Origin: Eledone cirrhosa
Lineage: Eukaryota
Reading direction: 5' to 3'
Assembly (NCBI GenBank): GCA_964016885.1
Contig: OZ024749.1
Location: 27,714,001 to 27,778,000, forward strand
Length of the DNA stretch: 64,000 bases
Under the pieces are notes generated by a model. It searched no databases. It was not told the DNA's origin and saw nothing but the letters and a program-made list of their open reading frames with translations. Position numbers and translations under genes: made by a program. This document shows positions 59,187-64,000 of the stretch, piece after piece; position 1 is the first letter of the stretch, and the number at the start of each line of letters is the position of its first letter.

Positions 59187-60010
59187 TATACATACATACA
59201 TACATAGATACATACAAAGAGAAAACATGCTGACTATAATTATAGCAAGAGAAAGGTAAAGTTCTGTTGTAGTAGTATTTTGAAATGTTCTTCGATTTAG
59301 GATCAAGTGCTGACAGCAGCTGAGAAGAGATAAGTTTATGGGTTGATGAGTTACTTACAGACATTAGTCTGGTATAGAACTAAGAAGGCTAGAATGTACT
59401 TAGTGATTATATTTCTGTGGTGATTCGTGCAGGGTAGTGGGTATCCTAGTTGAAAGCTAAGTTACGTCGGTTCGATTCATGGAGGTTTAAATCTTATGAA
59501 TTCAGTGGCGATCCTGTGTCTGCAGAAGATAGATCTTTCTAACTTGTTGTTAAGTAGCTTTATACATTTCTAAGGATATACAGTAGTTCTAGATCACACA
59601 GCCCACAGTGGGACATACCTGTACTGTAGGTTTTAGCAGCCGACAACCTCGACCAGTTGATAGTGTAGCTAGCGTTGTTGTCCTTCAGTTCCCATATTTT
59701 TTTGGCGAGGGTTGAAGAACCCATAAGTGCACGATTTTTCATCGAGTGCCTGTGCACATACCATCTTTTTTTAAAAGTACCCGCGGTGGATCCAATGTAA
59801 TGCCATGTGGAGTTGTCTGAGTTGACCGTACACATGTACATCTATATAAATATATATATGTGTGTGTGTGTATATATATATGTATATATGTGTGTGTGTG
59901 TATATATATATGTATATATGTGTGTATATATATGTATATGTGTGTATATATATGTATATGTGTGTATATATATATATGTATATACATATATGTATATGTA
60001 TATATATATA

Positions 60011-60042
<32 letters not shown>

Positions 60043-61962
60043 ATATATAAGATCAAAAGATGGTTAAAAGAGTTCCATGTATTTTATTATGCGCATTTCA
60101 AAAACAAATATCATCATGCAATAACATTTGTGTTTTCATCAGCTGATGAAAACACAAATGTTATTGCATGATGATATTTGTTTTTTAAATGCGCATAATA
60201 AAATACATGGAACTCTTTTAACCATCTTTTGATCTTATATATTATGTATACTCCAGTCCTACAAACTGTAGAGTGCTTCTTATCCGATATCTGCATTGCT
60301 TTATTGTACTACAATAAAAATCACCTCCTACATACACACACACAGAAGGGAAGAGACAGAGAAATGGATTGGTGGAGGAAACATAGACAAACAGATGGAA
60401 ATATTCACCTCATCCTTGTCATCTGTGTCAACATCGATTTCATACACCTGTTCAGGTAAACTCTCCAGTTTCTTTTTGCTAAAAAGTACAAAAAAACAAA
60501 ACAAAAAATAAACAGAAACCATAAAAGATGACACTAAAAATATTTCATTGTTGTTTTACTGGTTCTACACAGCAGGTAGTGAGATATCAATGTTATACTA
60601 TTGTGAGGTATACTATATATATATATTGTACATTTTATATCATATTGGGATACTATATATTGAAATATGAATGTTATATGAGATATATCATATGTCATAT
60701 CATTAAGATATATCATATTAAGATATATTCTATATGTTACATCATATTAAGATATATCAGATATATTATATCATATTTAGATATATCATATATTCTATTA
60801 TCCTACTGAGATATTTCAGAAATGTTATACCATATTAAGATATATCATATATGTTATATGATATTAAGATATAATAGCAATGTTACATATGCCATCAACA
60901 TTTAACATCTGCCTTCCCTGCTAGCAAGAGTTGGATGGGTCACCACAGACCTAGTCAGTACTTAGAGCGACAGACCTCATAGATATCGAGATATGTCAAA
61001 TATATATCAATATAGGGAAGAAAGGACACTCAAGTCCTGACAGAACCTCCTAATTGCTGGTGACATGAAGAATGCACCCAGTCCATGCTGTAAAGTGGTT
61101 GGTGATAAGATATGTTTCTTTATTAGCCACAGGGGCACAAAAGAAGGGGACAAATACAAAGGGGGAAGTTTACATACAATAAAAACGTGTAAAATGCTAT
61201 CACAAAAGCAATTTAAAAATTAATCGATTTTCCCCAATAGGGGGAGACATTTCATATGGGTAACACATACCCCCGAAAATATGTGCAACCCTCATCTCCA
61301 GGAGTACGAAGAGTTTGTACTCCTTTCCTTTCCTTCTCTTTTTCTTCAACCTACAGGCTGATATAGAGAGAAGGCCCATTCACTTGGGTCATTCTCGCCA
61401 CTTTCACCCACCTTTCATAAAACTTGCTGGGGTACAGCACCTCTCTCTCCATCCTGATTCTTCTTCCAAAGTGGTATTTGAAAAAAAGAATCAGTTGTTG
61501 GCCGGAGAGAAAGGTGTGATAAGATAGGCACCCAGACAGTAAAAACATGCCAAATATTTTAAAAAGCACAACCTATACTATACATACTAATAGTATGTCT
61601 GACCCATGCCAGCAAGGAAGGTAAGTAAATGGATGTTAATATGATGTTAATGATTATTATATCCTCATCATTTTTATATATCCACTTTTCTATGTTAGCA
61701 TGGGTTGGACAGGAAGATTTGAGGCAATGTTTTACAGCTAGATGCCCTTCCTGATACCAACACTTTTAGTTGCTTTTTACGACATGTAGAGATACAGTGG
61801 TACCTATACTAAAAACTGGTACACACACACAGACATAAAACACATACACACATACGTGTGTGTATAAATAATTGAGAAGCAGCATTTGGAGTTACTTAGG
61901 TAATTGCTGATAACTTGTGTGTGTGTGTGCATGTGTGAGTGTATATGTGTGTGTGTGTGTGT

Positions 61963-62005
<43 letters not shown>

Positions 62006-62287
62006 TGTGTGTATGTGTGTGTATGTGTGTGTGTGATGTTAGGTAACTGTTGATAACGTGTATATATATATATATATATATGTATGCATTTGAGTGTAAA
62101 TACATGTGTGTGTGTGAGTGTGTATAAACCGAAAAGAAGAAGAAGAAGCAGTGTGTGTGTGTGTGTGTGTATGTGTGGTGTTAGGTAACTGTTGATAACG
62201 TGTGTATATATATATATATATGTATGCATTTGAGTGTAAATACATGTGTGTGTGTGAGTGTGTATAAACCGAAAAGAAGAAGCAGTA

Positions 62288-62338
<51 letters not shown>

Positions 62339-62514
62339 TACTTAGGCAATTGTTGATAACTTCCAGAATAGGAGTTATAGTTGTAAGCAATGATGTGACA
62401 ATCACTGTTATAAGTTTTAAGACATTCTCGTACCAACAACGTGCTGGCTTCTTTCGATGCATTCTTGGGGACTGATGAACAGGTGGTGCGGCTCTTCTGC
62501 CGGGGTCGCGGGGG
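758..62514 (-). CDS. DOCK9: Dedicator of cytokinesis DOCK-D family GEF (DOCK9/10/11, zizimin-like); partial multi-exon gene span, 23 exons, ~969 codons in window
   Basis: 23 GT-AG exons with compatible phases. Motifs recognised from DOCK9-type proteins: [11 protein letters not shown] domain ([20 protein letters not shown]), [23 protein letters not shown]-1/C2 ([45 protein letters not shown]), [26 protein letters not shown]. The exact paralogue name is a best guess; invertebrates usually have one DOCK-D gene. Confidence 0.93.
955..1419. mobile_element. piggyBac-type MITE containing a nested second piggyBac-type MITE (1059-1255)
   Basis: Both are bounded by TTAA|CCCTTT...AAAGGG|TTAA. The inner family recurs at 18784-18993, 28443-28655 and 30327-30480 (partial). 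Confidence 0.7.
2237..2440 (-). CDS. DOCK9: DOCK-D exon ([25 protein letters not shown]...[24 protein letters not shown])
   Basis: ttacag acceptor, gtaagt donor; 204 nt. Confidence 0.94.
2402..2800. repeat. Six degenerate ~65-70-bp tandem copies of the intron/exon acceptor junction
   Basis: Unit tttagtt[c/a]c..ag.gg.ggacagggtcttaaaaacata(c/t)tg..atatata.agacagggtcat; the first copy overlaps exon 2237-2440. Confidence 0.85.
3006..16339. repeat. Intronic satellite, ~13.3 kb, units of ~77-90 bp (roughly 150 by length), with multi-kb higher-order duplication
   Basis: Unit CAGTGTACACCTCACCATAC(CAC)CACACCAGAGCCCCACTACATACCATACTACAGCACCACTCCACACCACCACCACTA(TACAATA)CAA; strongly C/A-rich plus strand. 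Confidence 0.98.
16370..16439 (-). CDS. DOCK9: DOCK-D exon ([23 protein letters not shown])
   Basis: ttgcag acceptor, gtatgt donor; 70 nt, required to restore phase between the 17440 and 2440 exons. Confidence 0.9.
16560..16595 (-). ncRNA. Degenerate minimal hammerhead ribozyme motif in a dispersed repeat (family also at ~30128-30163 and ~62729-62772)
   Basis: CTGAAGA-aggac cagt gtct-GAAA-tgtt. Three-copy consensus is approximately CTGATGA AGGACTAGCGTCC GAAACGTT; shared flanks (aaacagaaataac...gaatgagaaa). Confidence 0.55.
16713..16777 (-). ncRNA. Type-I hammerhead ribozyme (family A, Penelope-like terminal repeat fragment 16677-16855)
   Basis: TATTTTAT-CTGATGA-stem II-GAAA-TATGTATA-ATGAAATA; same family as the 36307, 36472 and 42661 copies. 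Confidence 0.75.
17440..17555 (-). CDS. DOCK9: DOCK-D exon ([38 protein letters not shown])
   Basis: ttacag acceptor, gtaagc donor; 116 nt; [10 protein letters not shown] motif. Confidence 0.94.
19490..20610. repeat. Two adjacent minisatellites (~70-bp ccaggtttaactacaagacaat unit; ~63-bp cagtcttagatggacaagacatatcactaagatatatcac unit)
   Basis: Visible tandem units with divergence increasing toward the left. Confidence 0.85.
21005..21225 (-). mobile_element. SINE/RTE-tail repeat family (gggcatccagc...aacccatgc.agc.tgga...ggacgttaaatgatgatg); other copies ~1720-1965, 30977-31365, 51400-51630
   Basis: Multiple dispersed copies ending in (GAT)n tails. Confidence 0.7.
22010..22063 (-). CDS. Candidate in-frame cassette exon of the DOCK-D gene ([18 protein letters not shown])
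   Basis: ttttgtgctttggccag acceptor, AAG|gtaagt donor, 54 nt, phase 0-0, no stop; not needed for frame. Confidence 0.5.
22183..22292. mobile_element. Tc1/mariner-type MITE
   Basis: TIRs CAGGGTGTCCCC.../...GGGGACACCCT, with inner aaatacacacttt/aagtgtgtatac; inserted at a TA run. Confidence 0.65.
23150..23360 (-). mobile_element. tRNA-derived SINE family (aggcacaaggcc...atcgacccc...aaggatgaaaggcaaag...gatttgaactcag); copies ~31645-31830, 35005-35210, 55340-55480, 62925-63005 (opposite orientation)
   Basis: B-box-like GAGTTCAAATCC on the minus strand; many dispersed copies. Confidence 0.75.
24085..24177 (-). CDS. DOCK9: DOCK-D exon ([31 protein letters not shown])
   Basis: tttcag acceptor, gtaagg donor; 93 nt; DQHL.NFF..CQ motif. 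Confidence 0.92.
24651..24737 (-). CDS. DOCK9: DOCK-D exon, end of DHR-1 ([29 protein letters not shown])
   Basis: ttacag acceptor, gtaaag donor; 87 nt. Confidence 0.92.
25377..25464 (-). CDS. DOCK9: DOCK-D exon, DHR-1 ([29 protein letters not shown])
   Basis: ttgcag acceptor, gtgagt donor (an out-of-frame gtaagg lies 5 nt upstream); 88 nt. Confidence 0.9.
26157..26335 (-). CDS. DOCK9: DOCK-D exon, DHR-1 ([25 protein letters not shown]...[12 protein letters not shown])
   Basis: gacag acceptor, gtgaga donor; 179 nt. Confidence 0.94.
26527..26710 (+). mobile_element. Mariner-like end fragment with 3x ~59-bp tandem duplication
   Basis: tgtgagggtcggctgaaaagtt resembles a mariner TIR; unit caagatactctcatggaatgaccaaatgaggtttattttttaacatagt occurs three times. 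Confidence 0.55.
27246..27338 (-). CDS. DOCK9: DOCK-D exon, DHR-1 ([31 protein letters not shown])
   Basis: ttacag acceptor, gtaagt donor; 93 nt. Confidence 0.93.
27770..28130. repeat. Three ~120-bp tandem copies (related inverted copies at ~53910-54080)
   Basis: Repeated atctgtcca.tgattctttcctta.gacattctaa...atcagagctg...agaagtagca..tctacctggagt. Confidence 0.75.
28187..28252 (-). CDS. DOCK9: DOCK-D exon, DHR-1 ([22 protein letters not shown])
   Basis: ttccag acceptor, gtaaga donor; 66 nt. Confidence 0.93.
29031..29215 (-). CDS. DOCK9: DOCK-D exon, start of C2/DHR-1 ([13 protein letters not shown]...[22 protein letters not shown])
   Basis: tttcag acceptor, gttggt donor; 185 nt. Confidence 0.93.
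29924..30003 (-). CDS. DOCK9: DOCK-D exon ([26 protein letters not shown])
   Basis: ttacag acceptor, gtaagt donor; 80 nt. Confidence 0.9.
30770..30950. repeat. ~180-bp imperfect foldback (inverted repeat)
   Basis: ccgtattttttgactaaaga...gcctgatagt...aatggaaaaagat / atctttttccatt...actatcaggc...tctttagtcaaaaaatacgg. Confidence 0.9.
31475..31582 (-). CDS. DOCK9: DOCK-D exon ([35 protein letters not shown])
   Basis: ccacag acceptor, gtaacc donor; 108 nt, phase 2-2. Confidence 0.9.
32459..32661 (-). CDS. DOCK9: DOCK-D exon ([24 protein letters not shown]...RMPFAWTA)
   Basis: aacag acceptor, gtaagt donor; 203 nt. Confidence 0.93.
33260..33481 (-). CDS. DOCK9: DOCK-D exon ([26 protein letters not shown]...KWFYSKERR)
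   Basis: tttcag acceptor, gtaagt donor; 222 nt. Confidence 0.93.
35398..35562 (-). CDS. DOCK9: DOCK-D exon ([55 protein letters not shown])
   Basis: tttgcag acceptor, gtgagt donor; 165 nt. Confidence 0.88.
35958..36028 (-). pseudogene. tRNA-like sequence (degenerate tRNA pseudogene or SINE head)
   Basis: A-box TGGTGTAATGG and B-box GGTTCGAATCC, but acceptor and anticodon stems pair poorly; flanked by ~68-bp direct repeats at 35813 and 36079. Confidence 0.55.
36180..36580. mobile_element. Penelope-like terminal-repeat fragment in head-to-head inversion, with two outward-facing hammerhead ribozymes (36307-36371 minus; 36472-36536 plus)
   Basis: ~130-bp inverted repeat (36263-36392 / 36451-36580); both arms have intact CTGATGA/GAAA cores; flanked by (TA)n. 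Confidence 0.8.
36608..37441 (+). mobile_element. Penelope-like non-autonomous element: 5' inverted piece plus partial tandem terminal repeat
   Basis: 36674-36881 is directly repeated at ~37206-37441; 36608-36672 is inverted relative to the repeat; contains the hammerhead below. Confidence 0.65.
37175..37256 (+). ncRNA. Type-I hammerhead ribozyme (family B)
   Basis: Stem I ACTCC/GGAGT; CTGATGA; stem II gtaagg/ccttac extended by tatagttgc/gtaactata; GAAA; palindromic stem III ACTAATTAGT; GUU site. Confidence 0.8.
37604..37936 (+). mobile_element. Full-length tRNA-derived SINE with RTE-like 3' tail (second copy inverted at 43222-43563; related head at 54180-54465)
   Basis: A-box GTGGCTTAGTG, B-box GAGTTCAATTC, central ccttgagcaagg.actt, tail cccaccttgcaagcagggaaaag.ggacgtaaaatgatg. 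Confidence 0.8.
38400..38598 (+). mobile_element. RTE-type LINE 3' fragment (another at ~47870-48190)
   Basis: Translates [29 protein letters not shown], like the RTE ORF C-terminus; ends in the same tail as the SINEs plus (GAT)n. Confidence 0.6.
40880..41294 (+). pseudogene. GIY-YIG endonuclease domain of a Penelope-like element (5'-truncated)
   Basis: [15 protein letters not shown] Cys-rich linker, IVY...YVG-ST...[21 protein letters not shown]. Confidence 0.85.
42661..42725 (+). ncRNA. Type-I hammerhead ribozyme (family A)
   Basis: Stem I TATTTTAT/ATGAAATA; CTGATGA 42669-42675; stem II aag-acacca/tggtgt-ctt; GAAA 42706-42709; minimal stem III; AUA site at 42717. Confidence 0.8.
45156..45356. 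mobile_element. hAT-type MITE with perfect 8-bp target-site duplication
   Basis: TIR CAGGCATGT.AAA / TTTGACATGCCTG; TSD TAGTAGAC on both sides. Confidence 0.85.
46125..46715. repeat. TTAA-CCCTTT-started element with an internal ~61-bp tandem array
   Basis: About seven copies of aaaccacctattttagagggctccttgataccaacc..tctaaaactggctcaggtt. Confidence 0.65.
48291..48374 (-). CDS. DOCK9: DOCK-D exon ([28 protein letters not shown])
   Basis: gtttag acceptor, gtaagt donor; 84 nt. Confidence 0.88.
48961..49343. mobile_element. ~385-bp near-perfect palindrome with two outward-facing hammerhead ribozymes (49006-49051 minus; 49254-49298 plus; family C)
   Basis: Arms are reverse-complementary around a 6-nt loop at 49150-49155; each arm reads GCT-CTGATGA-gtcctgca/tgcaaggac-GAAAC...GTC-AGC. 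Confidence 0.88.
50623..50699 (-). CDS. DOCK9: DOCK-D exon ([25 protein letters not shown])
   Basis: ttccag acceptor, gtaagt donor; 77 nt restores phase 0. Confidence 0.87.
51635..52311. mobile_element. Decayed Tc1/mariner-type element
   Basis: TIRs CAGGGTGTTT....aaattgatatca..gagatgtaaatatctcagaaa / tttctgggatatctacattt...gatatctaaatttttgaaacaccctg|ta. Confidence 0.7.
52437..52599 (-). CDS. DOCK9: DOCK-D exon, PH domain end ([54 protein letters not shown])
   Basis: ttccag acceptor, gtattg donor; 163 nt; conserved PH C-terminal helix Trp. Confidence 0.9.
54523..54654 (-). CDS. DOCK9: DOCK-D exon, PH domain ([44 protein letters not shown])
   Basis: tttcag acceptor, gtaaat donor; 132 nt. Confidence 0.93.
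55711..55812 (-). CDS. DOCK9: DOCK-D exon, PH domain start ([34 protein letters not shown])
   Basis: ttttcag acceptor, gtaagt donor; 102 nt. Confidence 0.92.
57050..57780. repeat. (CAC/CAT)-derived low-complexity tract with a 30-bp minisatellite core
   Basis: ccatcaccactacaatcaacaccaatatc repeated about 12 times. Confidence 0.9.
58532..58637 (-). ncRNA. Type-I hammerhead-like motif with long stem II (family D)
   Basis: GCT-CCGATGA (U4C variant)-ctgactggt...accagttcag-GAAA-palindromic ACAATTGT-C-AGC; GUC site. Confidence 0.6.
59450..59841 (-). pseudogene. Second Penelope-like GIY-YIG endonuclease fragment
   Basis: YMCTV...[20 protein letters not shown]...LAKKIWELK...[11 protein letters not shown]. 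Confidence 0.85.
60041..60244. repeat. 204-bp loopless palindrome centred on a hammerhead core (family E)
   Basis: Centre TCATCAGCTGATGA at 60142.5; one mismatch seen (60099/60186); minus arm reads CTGATGA-stem II-GAAA-TGCGCAT-A. Confidence 0.9.
60409..60478 (-). CDS. DOCK9: DOCK-D exon ([23 protein letters not shown])
   Basis: tttag acceptor, gtgaat donor; 70 nt restores phase 0. Confidence 0.88.
61115..61570 (-). mobile_element. Probable LINE (L1/Tx1-like) 3' fragment
   Basis: C-terminal-like [18 protein letters not shown]...FYERW, then a UTR ending in AATAAAG; similar end at ~35228-35290; family assignment is weak. Confidence 0.35.
62342..62514 (-). CDS. DOCK9: DOCK-D exon ([57 protein letters not shown])
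   Basis: (CT)n tract plus ttctag acceptor, gtaagt donor; 173 nt; resembles DOCK9 N-terminal ECIKTYNSDW region. Confidence 0.88.
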
Positions 62515-62520
62515 CTAGAA

Positions 62521-62562
<42 letters not shown>

Positions 62563-63611
62563 TTTAGTAAAGTTCTGTCAGGTCTTTGTGGCTTTGGCAA
62601 TATGATAGAAACATCAATAGAATTTGTATTATCATCATATAAACATGTATGTAGAAGGTAAACAGAAATAACAACACAATCAGTACAGTATATGGAAGGA
62701 ATATATTAGGTTAACGCTTGAAACAGCAGGAAGAGGGTCTTAACATTTCGGACGCTAGTCCTTCATTAGAAGAAAGAATGAGAAATTAGATAGATTGATG
62801 GAACGCTGTGTGTGTGTGTGTGTGTAGATATGCTTATGTGCGTGCGTGTGTGTGTGTGTATATATATATATGAATATGTATATTATTATTGTTGTTGTCA
62901 TTATTATTATTGCTATTATTATTTTGCCTTTCATCCTTACGGGGGTCGATAAAATAAAAGTACCAGTAATGCACTGGGTAATTGCTGGCCTTGTGCCTAA
63001 AGTAGAAACAATTATTATTATTATTATTATTATTGTTATTAATGTATGTGTGTGTATATGTGTGAGTGTATGTGTATGTATGTGTGTATGTATATATGTA
63101 TGTATGTATATATATATATATATATTTCTTTTTTTCTTTTCTTTTTTTAAAATTTTTTAAAATTTATTTATTATTATTATTATTTTTTTTATTTTATTTT
63201 ATTTTATTTTATTTTATTTTATTTTATTTGTTTTTTCTTCTCGTGCAATGGCCATACTCGATAACGAGGGGGCAGCCATCATCATGTATGTATGTATATA
63301 TATAAGACCCGTCCCACCCTTGCAAGCAGGGAAAAGCGGACGTAAAATGATGATGATGATGATGATGATATATATATATATATATATGTTCTTCTGGTTT
63401 TATAATTTCACAAAGTTTTACCAATAAAGAGAGAGAGTCGGTTTCTAACATAGACACAAGACTCTCATTGGAATTTACACAACATCAACTAGGTAGATAT
63501 GTATGTATGCATGTGTAGATATGGATGTTATTGTATGTGTGGATGTGTATGTTTTAGTTGTATGTGTGCATGTGTATATGCTTTGTATCTGTACATGTGT
63601 ATATGCAGTTA

Positions 63612-64000
63612 TTAGATGCAACATTTTTGGAATGTTTTACATATTTTTACTGTTCCATTAATGGATTGTACTTGTAGTTTCCTAACTAGTTGTGTTCTTT
63701 CTGTTCCTGTGAAGCCTAGCTTCTCAAGATTTGTATTGAGGCAGTTACTAACATATCCCAGTGCCCCAATAATCACAGGCATAAATCTGAAGGTGTAATC
63801 AGGGTGGAGTATCTGCAGATTTCTCATCAGTTCTGCATAAATATTCTCCTTTTCACTAATCTTTGATATTATATTGGCATCTGCTGGGCAGCTAATTTCC
63901 ACTACTGTGCATGTTTTCTTCTCCCTGTCCCATATCATAATATCTGGTCTGTTATGCCTGCATTTTATTGGGGTTTTTACTGGAACATTCCACCAGTACT
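63612..64000 (-). mobile_element. 3' end of an RLE-type non-LTR retrotransposon ORF (restriction-like endonuclease; R4/R2-like group)
   Basis: YWWNVPVKT...HNRPDIMIWDREKKTCTVVEISCP...KENIY...PVIIGALG motifs; runs off the window edge. Confidence 0.8.

Overview
Eukaryotic, AT-rich, microsatellite- and SINE-dense genomic DNA. An octopus/cephalopod origin is inferred from repeat style only. The whole window lies inside one minus-strand gene encoding a DOCK-D (DOCK9/10/11, zizimin-type) Cdc42 GEF. I traced 23 GT-AG exons by hand (62514 down to 758) that splice in frame into about 969 codons, covering the N-terminal region, PH domain, C2/DHR-1 domain and the start of the helical region; start and stop codons lie outside the window. 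A 13.3-kb, ~77-90-bp-unit satellite (about 3006-16339) fills one intron and explains all the giant ORFs as artefacts. Its unit carries copies of the neighbouring exon's own splice-donor motif, and the other end of the same intron holds tandem copies of the acceptor junction. The introns also contain six different sequence families with type-I hammerhead ribozyme motifs, most plausibly from Penelope-like elements. Several sit as head-to-head palindromes with outward-facing ribozymes, including a 3.1-kb GIY-YIG palindrome whose two arms carry complementary deletions. Also present: tRNA-derived SINEs, RTE/RLE LINE fragments, piggyBac-, hAT- and Tc1/mariner-type MITEs, and minisatellites. All calls were made by eye without database searches.
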